A stretch of 49,248 bases of DNA from a virus (lineage: Duplodnaviria > Heunggongvirae > Uroviricota > Caudoviricetes). The stretch's first letter is position 1, and each line of letters begins with the position of its first letter. The DNA lies in the IMG/VR virus record IMGVR_UViG_2734482538_000012. The stretch is one strand, 5' to 3'. Made by a program: the position numbers and the translations under genes. Under the pieces are notes generated by a model. The model did no database searches. It was not told where the DNA came from and saw only the letters and a list, made by a program, of their open reading frames with translations. Shown in pieces: positions 11,074 to 21,265 of the stretch.

Positions 11074-14000
11074 TTAACATTCCCCCATCACGTCGCATAT
11101 TTAACAGATTGCCCTGCACCCGCTGATCAACCATCCCCATAAGTGCTTTTATTGCCTGAGGGCCAATCTCTCCATTCTGGCCGTCATTTTGAATAGTGAT
11201 TTGGTATACAGGGGCATAGGTAATATCTCCGCCTCCATTACCACTTTTACTATTAATAGCTCTGACACCAAGAGAACCATCGGAAGTTCGTGTTAATGGC
11301 ATAATGGCTTCCGGTCCAGCCTCACCAAAAACACCAGCCCCTTTTGCAAAAGCAAAAAATTGCGGGGAATCATAAATACCGTTCGAATACGTGCTCAATG
11401 ACGGAGACTCATAAACACCGCCCTTTGCATTCGGAATAAATTTACTAATAGCACTCCCGATAGTTCCTAAAATCCCCCCAGAAGAACTGTTACTAATGCT
11501 GTCGAAAATCCCAGTAATTGAAGCCTTTAATGCTATTCGACTAAGATCCGAAATCACGGAAGTAGCGAAAGAACGAAAATTTGCCTTGCCTGTCGTGACA
11601 AAATCACCCAGCGCATCGGTCATCCCATCAAACATCTGAGTCGTGGTTGATTTTATCTGCTCACTGATATCCTTAGTGTCATCCAGCCAGTTATTGAATC
11701 CCTGGGAGGCACCACTAACCCAGTCTCCTGCCTGAATATCGAGCTGCTCGTTTTTCTGTCTGACAATTTCTTTTTCCCGTTCCAGAGCATCATTCAGAGC
11801 CTGCATTTTCTCTTGAAAAACATGATCTGACATTCCACGGGATTTATCTGCATAGTCACGTTCAAGTTGCAGACGCTGATTGTTATATCCATGTTCAATC
11901 CGCAGTAATTCCTGCTGGCGTTGCTGATTTTTATCGCCAACCCCATAACCAGCAATCTGAATATCATACCCCTGCTGACGATTATCAATCGAAGCCTGCA
12001 ATGAATCACGCCATGCTGTTATTTCGGCGGATTCCTTGATTAGCCTGTTATTTTTTTCAATCGCAACATTTTTCTCCATCAACGTGGTTATTTCTTCCCG
12101 GTGTAAGAGAAGCGATTTCTGATCCTGGGTTAATTTCGATGATGGTCGTGACTCTAGGTCGGCAATCCGCTGACGCCACTTAACCAGTTCCTGTTCAGAG
12201 GAACTTAATTTAACGGTCAACTCAGCTTGTGAACTTAGTAACGCATTCTGTTGATTCAGATGATCAATCATTCGTTGGGCTGCATCATCAGAATAACCTT
12301 TCGCCTTTGGTTGCTTTGGATCTTTATAACGCTCATTTATTTGAGCGATAAGATTATTATATTCTTCCTTTGAATACTGATTCTTTAGCTTTTCCAGTTT
12401 TGCAAGTTCACTAGCTCTCTGCTGCTCCCGGGTCTGATATTGTTTTGAAAAGGCATCTGCTCTCTGTCTGAGTTCAATTCCTTCCTGTTGTCGCTTGTTG
12501 TAATCGTTTATTGATGAATTTAGTACGTCCTGAGCAATTTTTTCTGCTTGAAGTACGCCCAATTGCTGCTTTAATCGTGCCAGCCTTTTATTTTGAGCTC
12601 CGCCATCTCCAATGCCACCTAACCCGAAAACTCCGGGTCGGGTATTTTTTTCTATTTCATCAATTTGACGGAGAACATCTGAGATTTTTTGATCAAGGGA
12701 GGCCTCACGGCCAATATCCAGCATGGAATCCCATGCCCATTTTGCGGAGTCTGCGACAGCTTTCCATGCAGTCTCAAGATAACCAAGATTTTCTTTAATC
12801 TGGTTGGTGCGCTGGATCATTGAGGATGAGTATTCTTCTGTCGCAATGCGGGCGGCCTCCTGCTGGTTCCCTTCATCCTGTAGCGCCTTAATCTGGTTAT
12901 AAGTCGCAAGTGTCAGAAAATGGTACTGATCATTAAGTTTTGATATGGCACTGACAGGATCCTTTGCAATTTCATTGAAGTCATTAACCAGTTGTTCGGT
13001 TGATATTCCTGTTACTTCGCTCGTTTTTACTATCGCTGTCGTCACTTGCTCCAGCGAACTGCTCGCTACCTTTCCCGAACGCACAAGCTGATTTAATACT
13101 GCCGCCGCAGCACCAGTTGTCGAATCAGCCGCATTCCCGGCACGTTGAGCTATATCGCCCAATTGCCCGCTGGTTGTCCCCAACTGATTTCCGGTAAGAA
13201 TAAGAGATTTATTAAATTCGTCCTGCTCCTGAGAGCCTTTATAGTAAGCCAGTCCTAAGACCCCAACGGCTGCTGCGGCCAGGGTAAAAGGATTAATTAA
13301 TCCCAGCACATAAGAACCTACACCTTTGATCGCCGGGCCAATCCCACCGAACATATCTTTTAGCTGGCCGCCCTGCTGCATTAACACCATAAATGGCGAC
13401 TGACCAGTGGACAACCCAACAACAATATCCGTCATTTGTACAGGCAACATGCGCATAGCAAAAGCCGTTTGTTTTGCCGACATTCCGGTTTTGCTTAATT
13501 GTGATTGAGTAACCTCAAGCTCACTCCGCATAGCACGAAGTTTTCCAGAAAGCTCCTCATACATTTCAGGAGAAAGCATCCCCTTAGCTTTTGCTTCATT
13601 GAGCTGTTTCTGTTGTTCTACCAGACGATTAAAAGCAGTTCCGACAGGATCAAGTTGAGCAATCAGACGTTGCAAAGCAACAACCTGTTCATCATGCGCT
13701 TTTGCTGCTTCTCGCTCTGCCTGAGCCTCTCCGGTAAGCTCTCGCCGTGTTTCCTGTATTTTTCGGCTATAATTCTCAAACTGAGAACCATTTATTTTCC
13801 CGGATGCAAACGCAGCATTAAGTTCATCATGCTGTTGTTCAAGATTTCTTAGCGCCGCAGCCAGAGGGTCGATCTTGTCCAGCATTCTTTGAAAGGCCTG
13901 AGCCTGCGCTTCCTGCTGGGCGGCAGCAAGTTTTCCGGCCTTCTCGGCTTCTCTCTGCGCTTGCGCAACCCCGCTCAATTCCTCTGTGGTTTCATTAAGT

Positions 14001-14299
14001 TTACGGACAAGAAATTCATATTCTTCTTTATCAATAAGCCCTTTATCGAAAAATTTCTTTAATTCAGAATAGCGTCGACCGACAGTATCAATTGCGGCAC
14101 CAACTGGATCAATAGCTGCTTTTAATTTTGCGAGCGCGTTCTTCTCATCTTCTGTTGCCTTAGTCACTTTCCCTGCGCTATTTGCAGCAGTTTCCCCAGC
14201 CTGCGTCATTTTGACTAATGAGGAGGTCAGATTGTCAGCATTATTTTTCGCTCCAGTGCTATCAATAATTATTGCGAGACGCGAGGTTTGCTCTGCCAT
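11066..14299 (-). CDS. H: Tail tape measure protein
   Basis: 1077 aa, largest ORF in the tail module; long coiled-coil-like region (Ala/Glu/Gln/Lys-rich); located between G/GT and M. Confidence 0.85.
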   Translation of the reverse strand: MAEQTSRLAIIIDSTGAKNNADNLTSSLVKMTQAGETAANSAGKVTKATEDEKNALAKLKAAIDPVGAAIDTVGRRYSELKKFFDKGLIDKEEYEFLVRKLNETTEELSGVAQAQREAEKAGKLAAAQQEAQAQAFQRMLDKIDPLAAALRNLEQQHDELNAAFASGKINGSQFENYSRKIQETRRELTGEAQAEREAAKAHDEQVVALQRLIAQLDPVGTAFNRLVEQQKQLNEAKAKGMLSPEMYEELSGKLRAMRSELEVTQSQLSKTGMSAKQTAFAMRMLPVQMTDIVVGLSTGQSPFMVLMQQGGQLKDMFGGIGPAIKGVGSYVLGLINPFTLAAAAVGVLGLAYYKGSQEQDEFNKSLILTGNQLGTTSGQLGDIAQRAGNAADSTTGAAAAVLNQLVRSGKVASSSLEQVTTAIVKTSEVTGISTEQLVNDFNEIAKDPVSAISKLNDQYHFLTLATYNQIKALQDEGNQQEAARIATEEYSSSMIQRTNQIKENLGYLETAWKAVADSAKWAWDSMLDIGREASLDQKISDVLRQIDEIEKNTRPGVFGLGGIGDGGAQNKRLARLKQQLGVLQAEKIAQDVLNSSINDYNKRQQEGIELRQRADAFSKQYQTREQQRASELAKLEKLKNQYSKEEYNNLIAQINERYKDPKQPKAKGYSDDAAQRMIDHLNQQNALLSSQAELTVKLSSSEQELVKWRQRIADLESRPSSKLTQDQKSLLLHREEITTLMEKNVAIEKNNRLIKESAEITAWRDSLQASIDNRQQGYDIQIAGYGVGDKNQQRQQELLRIEHGYNNQRLQLERDYADKSRGMSDHVFQEKMQALNDALEREKEIVRQKNEQLDIQAGDWVSGASQGFNNWLDDTKDISEQIKSTTTQMFDGMTDALGDFVTTGKANFRSFATSVISDLSRIALKASITGIFDSISNSSSGGILGTIGSAISKFIPNAKGGVYESPSLSTYSNGIYDSPQFFAFAKGAGVFGEAGPEAIMPLTRTSDGSLGVRAINSKSGNGGGDITYAPVYQITIQNDGQNGEIGPQAIKALMGMVDQRVQGNLLNMRRDGGMLSG

Positions 14300-14464
14300 T
14301 TATTAAAACTCCTGACAACAAAAAACCCACCGCGAAGTGGGTTTCAGGCGACATAATAGTAGATATAGCGATTACGAGGCCACGCAATGCTTTTCTCCAG
14401 GAGCATCATCGATTTAATTAAAGACACCATCACATCTCTGTAACAGAGTGTACGTAATTAACAA

Positions 14465-15234
14465 CTACACACACTGCTCCTGAAAATACTGGTCATCCAG
14501 TGCAAAGATCACTGCTTCAAATTCATCGCGCTCAATCAATACCGGATGAGTGGCTAAATATTCATTTATCTCTGTCAGAGATAAAGGCAAAGGCACCCCA
14601 GCCATTCCAGCATAACGTCGGGCACGGGATATTACCGAATAGGCGTACAACAACTCCTTAAGCACCGGGTCTATTTCTGGTTCCGGTATCGGTGGCAACC
14701 TGAGTTTTTCTCGCTTCCATCTTGCCTTTTCCCCCCTTTCTCCCCCGAACTCCGATAACCACCGCTGGGCAGCTATGGCTTTTTTATCGTATCCTGCTTC
14801 TGCTGCTCTTTACCCTGGGCGATGCTGGCTGCTTCTGCAAGGATCTGCCAGTACAACTCTGGATTCTGCTTAAGCAGCGCGATCCCTCGTTCTGCCGTAT
14901 ATTCCAGTGCAACCTCAACACCATTAACCAGTTCACCAACCCCTTTCCAGTCTTTCAGCAGATAACGAGCGGCATTATCAATGAGTAAATCATCAACAGA
15001 ATCCACCTCGGAAACCTTTGAAATATCAAACTCCTTCGTTCCGACGTGCAAACTGGCATCCATTTTCTCAATGTGGCGACGGATTAATGCATTACGGGAG
15101 CGATACTGATCGTTATCGCTGCTTGCCACCAACAGTTTTAACCCGTCTACAGGTTTTAAGTCCTTCATTGGCGTAAACCAGCGTTCTCCACCAATGATAA
15201 TTTTCTGATTAAGAATAAACATCCATAACCTCAT
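14465..15234 (-). CDS. T: Tail assembly chaperone GT, made by -1 programmed frameshift
   Basis: Hand translation in the -1 frame from the slippery site at the 3' end of G (KKAIAAQRWLSEFGGERGEKARWKREKLRLPPIPEPEIDPVLKELLYAY...) runs into track ORF 14465-14698. Confidence 0.7.
14773..15234 (-). CDS. G: Tail assembly chaperone G
   Basis: 153 aa ORF between the major tail gene and the tape measure gene; ends ...QDTIKKP; Shine-Dalgarno (aggggga) upstream of the first ATG. Confidence 0.75.
   Translation of the reverse strand: MRLWMFILNQKIIIGGERWFTPMKDLKPVDGLKLLVASSDNDQYRSRNALIRRHIEKMDASLHVGTKEFDISKVSEVDSVDDLLIDNAARYLLKDWKGVGELVNGVEVALEYTAERGIALLKQNPELYWQILAEAASIAQGKEQQKQDTIKKP
14779..14785 (-). 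other. Slippery heptamer A AAA AAG (recoding site for the G to GT frameshift)
   Basis: Minus-strand sequence gat acg ata aaa aag cca tag: the X XXY YYZ heptamer lies in the zero frame three codons before the G stop codon. Confidence 0.7.
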
Positions 15235-15282
15235 TCAATGCGTCCCCCTGTAGGGCAGTACCACAGGAGGAATAACGGAAAA

Positions 15283-16245
15283 TCAACTAATCGCCTCAGC
15301 ACTGGCTTTTGCGATCACGGCAGCCGGGGAATTTTTTTTTCTGGTTATCGTAGGTGCTTCATCTGCTGCGGTAATGCTCAATTGAACCTGGATAATGTCG
15401 CTATTACCCCCATCAGGCCATTCACCTGACACCTGAACCTTCGGGAAACTGAAAGTGTATGCCCCCTCTCCATTCGAAAGCGTGAAGCTGAACGGAACTG
15501 TTTCTCCAGTCAGTGTTTTACTCCAGATTTCCCACGCGGCTTTAGACCATGAAAGCGTCACCGTACCGGACGGTGTAAAAGTAGTCGGAATATTTGCTCC
15601 TGCATAAGGCGAGCCAGTCCCGATACAACGCTGTGTCTGGAGTTTGTTATCGAACTGAATATCAAAACTGTCGATACAAAAACCGTTACCTCCGGCAACA
15701 CCATTCAGGCTTACTGCTGAAACCTCCTTAAACGAATAACGTAGCTTTCCTGCACTATCCACAGGTTCGCCTTTGATAAAATTCGTATCATCGGCCTTTG
15801 ATTCCCAGTCCAGTCCGGCAAAGGTTACGGTCGCTGTAATATCGCCGTCGTTAGGGATCTGCATTTTCCATGAGCCAACCTGCGCTCCTCTGACGACAGA
15901 GGCAATTCCGACATCGGACGCATAGGTCGCCAGAGAAAATGTTATTCGCTCATTCCCCATTGTCAGAGAATCGCCTGACCATTCCGCGCCGAAACAGGAT
16001 GCAAGAAAATCATCATGTTGACCCCAGCGAAATTTGGTACCAACATCACCGCCGACATCCACAGTGCCAGGCGTCGCCCCCTGAGCCATCCGGGAGCCAC
16101 CAATCTCATTATTTTCGCCTTTATTCTGGGTGGGTTTTACTCCCCAGCTTGTGCGTTTTAATAAACTCCAGTCACCACTTGCTGGCGTAGTGCCTGCAAC
16201 CGTCTCCCGGATAAATGCCGAGATAACCTTTGCACCTGAACTCAC
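15283..16245 (-). CDS. Major tail (tube) protein
   Basis: 320 aa, Gly/Ser/Thr-rich and beta-rich; occupies the gpV position upstream of G/GT. The sequence is not lambda-V-like, so the call is by position and composition. Confidence 0.65.
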   Translation of the reverse strand: MSSGAKVISAFIRETVAGTTPASGDWSLLKRTSWGVKPTQNKGENNEIGGSRMAQGATPGTVDVGGDVGTKFRWGQHDDFLASCFGAEWSGDSLTMGNERITFSLATYASDVGIASVVRGAQVGSWKMQIPNDGDITATVTFAGLDWESKADDTNFIKGEPVDSAGKLRYSFKEVSAVSLNGVAGGNGFCIDSFDIQFDNKLQTQRCIGTGSPYAGANIPTTFTPSGTVTLSWSKAAWEIWSKTLTGETVPFSFTLSNGEGAYTFSFPKVQVSGEWPDGGNSDIIQVQLSITAADEAPTITRKKNSPAAVIAKASAEAIS

Positions 16246-16271
16246 AGGAGCCTCCTATGTCATTAATTGCG

Positions 16272-16664
16272 CTAGAGCGCGCGATATGGAATTTGAAGAT
16301 TAAGCTGGAACCAGCCATTCTTTTCGCCAACGGCTATTGAGGAAACAGCCTGGTAACTGAGACGATCGTCATCCTGAAACTCAAACAGTTCCCGCAATTT
16401 ATCGGCTGTCTCAGTAATGAGTTTTGAACCAGAACCTGCGGGGACAAATAACTGAATAATGATTATCCCCGTGCGATAAACAACCGGCCCCGCGCCAATT
16501 TCATTAACTCCAGCCTGCCCGGGAATATTACTTAACCGCGCCCAGATTAACTTACCGGAAGGATCGAACGTTGGCCCGTTCGGATACAATACGTCTTTTC
16601 CATCAATAATCGTCTGTGCCGTCATTCTGGAAATAACCGTATTTCTGATTTCAGTAAACTTCAT
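16272..16664 (-). CDS. Tail terminator protein (gpU-like)
   Basis: 130 aa; N-terminus MKFTEIRNTV resembles lambda gpU (MKHTELR...); position immediately upstream of the major tail gene. Confidence 0.6.
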   Translation of the reverse strand: MKFTEIRNTVISRMTAQTIIDGKDVLYPNGPTFDPSGKLIWARLSNIPGQAGVNEIGAGPVVYRTGIIIIQLFVPAGSGSKLITETADKLRELFEFQDDDRLSYQAVSSIAVGEKNGWFQLNLQIPYRAL

Positions 16665-17041
16665 TTGTAAGCCTGTAAAACACCATGAAAAGCGTTGGCA
16701 TACACGCCAGTTGGCGCTTGTTGTGAATGACCGTTTTCAAGAGCCTCTGCATAAGGAAGGTTATTCTGGATATAAATAACCCCGTAATTTGCAGCTTTCG
16801 AAATAACCCCGATCCCACGCTGAACAGCAATCGTACCGTTCGGATCCACGTTATCAGATATACCAAAATCGGGATGCTGTAACGACACCAGGTTGTTATT
16901 TCTGAAACGTCCGGTATCAACCGGAGCAGCAATATCAATAGCAGTAAGAATCTGCATAGCGATGTAGCGAATCTTCAGCCCTACATCTTCCTCAATCATC
17001 CCGGCAAATATTGACGGTTCTATATCCCATGCCTTTGCCAT
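16661..17041 (-). CDS. Tail completion / head-tail joining protein (gpZ-like position)
   Basis: 126 aa ORF, translationally coupled to neighbours in the head-tail joining block; call by position only. Confidence 0.45.
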   Translation of the reverse strand: MAKAWDIEPSIFAGMIEEDVGLKIRYIAMQILTAIDIAAPVDTGRFRNNNLVSLQHPDFGISDNVDPNGTIAVQRGIGVISKAANYGVIYIQNNLPYAEALENGHSQQAPTGVYANAFHGVLQAYK

Positions 17042-17425
17042 TTACGCTCTCCTTAACTGGATAGAGTAAACTGATGCGGAAGGATCTACACTTGCTGTAA
17101 TTACCTCGTATCGTTGTAACTGCCTTGATACAGGATCATAAATCTCAATAATATGGTCGACAGCTGGTTTATCCGTAACCTCGCATACCAGAGCGGTTAA
17201 TTTAAGGTCACCATGCAAAATATTAATCCCATCAATTCTGCCCAGCTTATAACGTGTCAACACGCCTCGCCCGGTATAGATTGCGGTGGATTCGCCGCCA
17301 GTTTCCGTCACAGGATCCCAGTGCCGGTGCGTAACGTAAGAACCAGAAAAATCACTCACGGCGTCCGCTAAATCCTCATCAAAAGCAGCGGCAACCTCTG
17401 ACTGAATCTCTTCACGAAGCCCCAT
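17042..17425 (-). CDS. Head-tail connector / head completion protein (by position)
   Basis: 127 aa ORF abutting flanking genes between the capsid gene and the tail genes. Confidence 0.45.
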   Translation of the reverse strand: MGLREEIQSEVAAAFDEDLADAVSDFSGSYVTHRHWDPVTETGGESTAIYTGRGVLTRYKLGRIDGINILHGDLKLTALVCEVTDKPAVDHIIEIYDPVSRQLQRYEVITASVDPSASVYSIQLRRA

Positions 17426-17820
17426 TATCCCCCCCTCACAACCCTGACTTGTGAGCGACTAAGTCCGTACGGTTTCAGCAGTGCTATCGCAAGCTGTAAA
17501 TCGGGTTCAAGCAATGCAGTGCTGTTTGCTGGCAACTCAGAAAATGATTTCGATACACTGACCCCGTCAGCCGACACGGCTTTACTGATAACAACGCCAG
17601 AATCATTTTTCTGCTGAAACAACTTACCGAATGAGGCAATTCTGGCTGCATATGCTCCCGCAAGTTTTACCTCTTCCGGAATACGGGATGGGTTAATTTT
17701 CAGGTTGAAGCCATTAAGCCAGGCATTAGCCATTAAAACAGCTTTATTTTTAGCGTTCTCACTCGTCCAGGCGTTCCCAAACGCATTATCAACGTCATCA
17801 CAGGTCACGTAAGTGATCAT
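17425..17820 (-). CDS. Head-tail adaptor / DNA packaging protein (by position)
   Basis: 131 aa ORF; ATG at 17820; located just after the capsid gene. Confidence 0.45.
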   Translation of the reverse strand: MITYVTCDDVDNAFGNAWTSENAKNKAVLMANAWLNGFNLKINPSRIPEEVKLAGAYAARIASFGKLFQQKNDSGVVISKAVSADGVSVSKSFSELPANSTALLEPDLQLAIALLKPYGLSRSQVRVVRGG

Positions 17821-17823
17821 GTG

Positions 17824-18000
17824 TTACTCCTGAGTTTTCCAGCCCATAGCCTTCCAGTTGTCAACTTCATCAGGATGAACATTAGCGATAGTTGGTGCGC
17901 CGGGAAACATCTGATAATCGGTCACCATAACCACTAACTCAATTTGCGTTTTTTGTGCGGCTTCACGCTGTGCTCTTTGCTCTTTAGTTAATCCGGCCAT
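17824..18000 (-). CDS. Small hypothetical protein (58 aa), not in the ORF track
   Basis: Hand translation MAGLTKEQRAQREAAQKTQIELVVMVTDYQMFPGAPTIANVHPDEVDNWKAMGWKTQE between the capsid gene and the next structural gene; G-rich stretch just upstream of the ATG. Confidence 0.35.
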   Translation of the reverse strand: MAGLTKEQRAQREAAQKTQIELVVMVTDYQMFPGAPTIANVHPDEVDNWKAMGWKTQE

Positions 18001-18042
18001 ATGCCCCCCATTAAAAATGGGGCCGAAGCCCCGTTTGAATGT

Positions 18043-19182
18043 TTAACCAAGAATCAGACAACCATGTGCCGGCTTCACTGATGAAACACCCCATGCCAGT
18101 CCAACTTCATAGCGCACCTGGCGATACTGACGATACAGTGCAATCTGGAACGTAATCCCTGAAATCGGGTCCGTAACATTCATTACATCATCAGCATTAT
18201 CGCCACCTTCCGGCATTGCCGGAGTACGGGATGCCAGCAGAAACGCGTTGCGATCAAACGCCATATTTGCAGTAAAGGCCCCAACAACTGTGATGGCAGT
18301 ATCATCGGCCAGATCCTGACGCAGTCCGGGCGCTGCAAGAGTAATCAGATTGCTGGTCGCTGCTGCCACAACATACTGATTCGGATCACCAGCGAACGTA
18401 ACAATCTGACCTGCAGAAATACTCCCCGAACCAGTATCAATGGAAATAAGAACATCGCCTTCTTTTTTCTCTCCATTCACGAGATAACCAGTTGCAGCAA
18501 CCTTTGGCGCTCGTTTCACACCTGCCGAACTGTGAATATTGAATCCCTCCAGACGCCCCAACACGCCCTCACGCAGTAGCTGTTCAGTGCCGGATTCATT
18601 CACTTTAAACAATACAGACTGTTTTCCGCGCAAATTAGCAATGGCAGTGGAGCCAAGCACCATCTGCAGATCGGTTGTCGGTGCGCCGTTATCCTCCAGA
18701 ACCTGACGAGCCAGAGCAGCATCAGAAAGATCATCTTTAACACCAAACGGCGTTGTCCCTGCGGTTCCCACGGCGCGGGAAGCACCGAAATACAACGCAC
18801 CAAGATCAGCCTCAACCTCGTTTGCAAGGGCGCGAAAAGCCTGCTTGAACTGATCAGCCAGAATGGTGTTGTAAGTCCCTGAAGGGCCAAGAGCCAGTTG
18901 TTCTTCACCATTCCATTTAACCGGTGCCATTTTGGATTTAGTAATTTTTACATCAACAGTGCCAATATTTTGATCACCGGTATTCGGAGCTGACGGCCCC
19001 GGTACGATATCTTCGGTTTTCGCCTCAGGCGCAACTGGCGCGGTTACCGTCTGATCTTTTGCTGCGGCGTCAGCTTTTGCGTTTTTTGCTACCGCAGGGA
19101 TAAAACCTACCTGCTCACGGGATACAACATCCAGGGCGGTATAAATAGTCGGGATCAACCCGGTCAGGGTATTTCCAGCCAT
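18043..19182 (-). CDS. Major capsid protein
   Basis: Track ORF 18043-19275; likely start at the internal ATG 19182 (MAGNTLTGLIP) with an aagga Shine-Dalgarno; about 380 aa; follows the scaffold gene. Confidence 0.7.
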   Translation of the reverse strand: MAGNTLTGLIPTIYTALDVVSREQVGFIPAVAKNAKADAAAKDQTVTAPVAPEAKTEDIVPGPSAPNTGDQNIGTVDVKITKSKMAPVKWNGEEQLALGPSGTYNTILADQFKQAFRALANEVEADLGALYFGASRAVGTAGTTPFGVKDDLSDAALARQVLEDNGAPTTDLQMVLGSTAIANLRGKQSVLFKVNESGTEQLLREGVLGRLEGFNIHSSAGVKRAPKVAATGYLVNGEKKEGDVLISIDTGSGSISAGQIVTFAGDPNQYVVAAATSNLITLAAPGLRQDLADDTAITVVGAFTANMAFDRNAFLLASRTPAMPEGGDNADDVMNVTDPISGITFQIALYRQYRQVRYEVGLAWGVSSVKPAHGCLILG

Positions 19183-19280
19183 AATTAAATATTCCTTAAA
19201 AATTTGCGTAATTGTGAATAGATGGAGTAATGAGCTATCCAGCCCTGACACCAGCTCCCATCCGGAAGCTGACAAATGTG

Positions 19281-20045
19281 TTAATCAACGATTGTGATAC
19301 CGTCTTTCAATGCGTTTTGCTTACCTGCAACATCCAGTGCATCAAAAGCAGAGCGTTTCATCGTTTTCTGACCAATATCATGCTGTGTCGGACGGGAGCC
19401 GCCGCCATTGTTGCCACTGGCTTTCAGGATGTAGTCTTTCTGAGGGTAATTTTCGACAAGGAACTCCAGCGCCTCATCAAACTGCGCCAGTTCGCCAGGC
19501 TTCGCGCGGGAATAAATTTTGTTGCCGGAAGCGTCATAAGCAACGATCCTCCCTTCTTCCACTTTGAATGCCTGCCCGAAGCGGGCTTGTAATAAATCTG
19601 CCGGGATCGCAATTTTATCGGCAATATATTTTGAACCCGCAAAACTACCGCCAATCATAGAATCGTAAAGCTGCTTCTCCAGCATCTGAGAGCGTTGCTT
19701 TTCTTCATCTAATTGCTGCTGAAAATTTTTCGTAATTTCTGCCTTAACCTGGTCAACCTGTCCCGCATCGAGCAGCTTTTTCTGGTCGATTTTTGACAGC
19801 ATTTCCAGTGCCTCGATCGCCTTCTTCGGGTCTTCGATAGCGGCAAACTTAGCCAGTTTTTCCTCTGCAGCTTCTTTAGCCAGGCGATGATTTTTTGCCT
19901 CGCCATTAAGCTCTGTAATTTTTTTTGTCGCCAGCGGTGCATCGAAGCCAATTTCTTTACCATCGTCGTGCACATAAACTGGCAGGCCAGCAGTATCAAT
20001 TTCTGCGTATTGTTTTCCGTTAATCTCGACCGTTTTCAGTTTCAT
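19281..20045 (-). CDS. Capsid scaffolding protein
   Basis: Track ORF 19281-20117; likely start MKLKTVEINGKQYAEIDTAGLPVY; highly charged, coiled-coil-like (EEKLAKFAAIEDPKKAIEALEM, QQLDEEKQRSQMLEKQ); lies between the head morphogenesis and capsid genes. Confidence 0.65.
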   Translation of the reverse strand: MKLKTVEINGKQYAEIDTAGLPVYVHDDGKEIGFDAPLATKKITELNGEAKNHRLAKEAAEEKLAKFAAIEDPKKAIEALEMLSKIDQKKLLDAGQVDQVKAEITKNFQQQLDEEKQRSQMLEKQLYDSMIGGSFAGSKYIADKIAIPADLLQARFGQAFKVEEGRIVAYDASGNKIYSRAKPGELAQFDEALEFLVENYPQKDYILKASGNNGGGSRPTQHDIGQKTMKRSAFDALDVAGKQNALKDGITIVD

Positions 20046-20149
20046 ATTAGTACCTGGTTTAAGTCTTCCGACAGTTACGCTGCTCACCATCCGGATCGCA
20101 GCAATAAAAAAGGCCACCCGAAGGTAGCCTGTTGTAATAAATGATTTAT

Positions 20150-21265
20150 TTAAATCCCTGCTTTTCTGAATACCTGTGCATCACGCTCACGGAGCTGCTT
20201 CAGCGTCAGCCATTCGCCTTTATCGGTGTAAAATTCATCTGGCGACATACCACCATCCCGAATCAGCTTTGCTCGGCTTTCCCCCACAATCTGTTTTTGT
20301 CTGGTGTAAGGCTGACGCAAAAACCATTCCCTGTAGGTTGTATCTCCGGCCACCACGCCATCCATGCTGGCCCGCTCAGCCGGGGAAATATCGCGAACAT
20401 CAATACCCAGTTCCTTCGCTGATTTCAGAATGAACGTTTCCGTTGAGCGGCAGCAGAAATGAATTTTTCCCGGCCCCTGCAAATAAGGCACGCTGTGACC
20501 TACAGGTTTATTATTCAGCGTATATTTGAGGCGATCCCTGATTCGACATTGTGGCGTAGTACGATTATCAAGCGTTGATAACCATTGCTTACCCTTAATC
20601 AAATCATTATTCGCGCTGGCAAAACTCTCACGGGCAGTAGCAGCAAGATGTCCAACCGCTGTTTTTGCAATGCTGGCCGCATTAGCCCGGCTCATCTGCA
20701 ATGCACCATCCTGAAATCCCTTACTGACATGTCCCCGAATTTTTCTTGCGATCTGCTCATTGGTATCCCCCAGCAAAAAACCCTGACGCACTGTATTTGT
20801 TATGCGTCTGAGCCGATCCGCCTCAAGATCTGAGGCCCACTCACTGAGCAGTCGTCCCTGGAATGGTCGCGCCATTGCAGCGGCATAAAGTGCATCAGGA
20901 GAGATACCAACCAGAGGGTGAACATCAGCAACAAAATCAGGTAGCATAGAATCAAACAGACTTAACTGATAACCAGCCTCATAAATTGCCAGCTCGTTCA
21001 GCTCTCCGGAGAGACTGGTAAACATGCTGTTAATAGCAGTGCGGTTAACCTCTCTGACGCTCGCCAGAAGTGACTCCAGGCGCTTAACGGTAAAACTACC
21101 TGGATCGAGGCTGTCCAGTGCTATCAGCAGGCGAGCAGTAAGTTCCGCATCGCTGTCATTCAGTATTTTCACCATTCTGGCAGCCACGCCAGTGCTATAG
21201 CGGGATATCCAGACTGCATGAGCAATTGATTCATCACGCAGCCGTTCATTCACGGTTTGCATCAT
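20150..21265 (-). CDS. Head morphogenesis protein (phage Mu F / SPP1 gp7 family)
   Basis: 371 aa; conserved motif STLDNRTTPQCRIRD typical of the Mu-F-like family; immediately downstream of the portal gene. Confidence 0.75.
   Translation of the reverse strand: MMQTVNERLRDESIAHAVWISRYSTGVAARMVKILNDSDAELTARLLIALDSLDPGSFTVKRLESLLASVREVNRTAINSMFTSLSGELNELAIYEAGYQLSLFDSMLPDFVADVHPLVGISPDALYAAAMARPFQGRLLSEWASDLEADRLRRITNTVRQGFLLGDTNEQIARKIRGHVSKGFQDGALQMSRANAASIAKTAVGHLAATARESFASANNDLIKGKQWLSTLDNRTTPQCRIRDRLKYTLNNKPVGHSVPYLQGPGKIHFCCRSTETFILKSAKELGIDVRDISPAERASMDGVVAGDTTYREWFLRQPYTRQKQIVGESRAKLIRDGGMSPDEFYTDKGEWLTLKQLRERDAQVFRKAGI

Noticed and set aside
20141-20833. Plus-strand ORFs overlapping the head morphogenesis gene (20141-20422, 20176-20433, 20526-20714, 20585-20833) and similar antisense ORFs over the portal, terminase and tape measure genes
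   Set aside because: They are antisense to long, well-supported structural genes with tight operon-like packing; no independent support.
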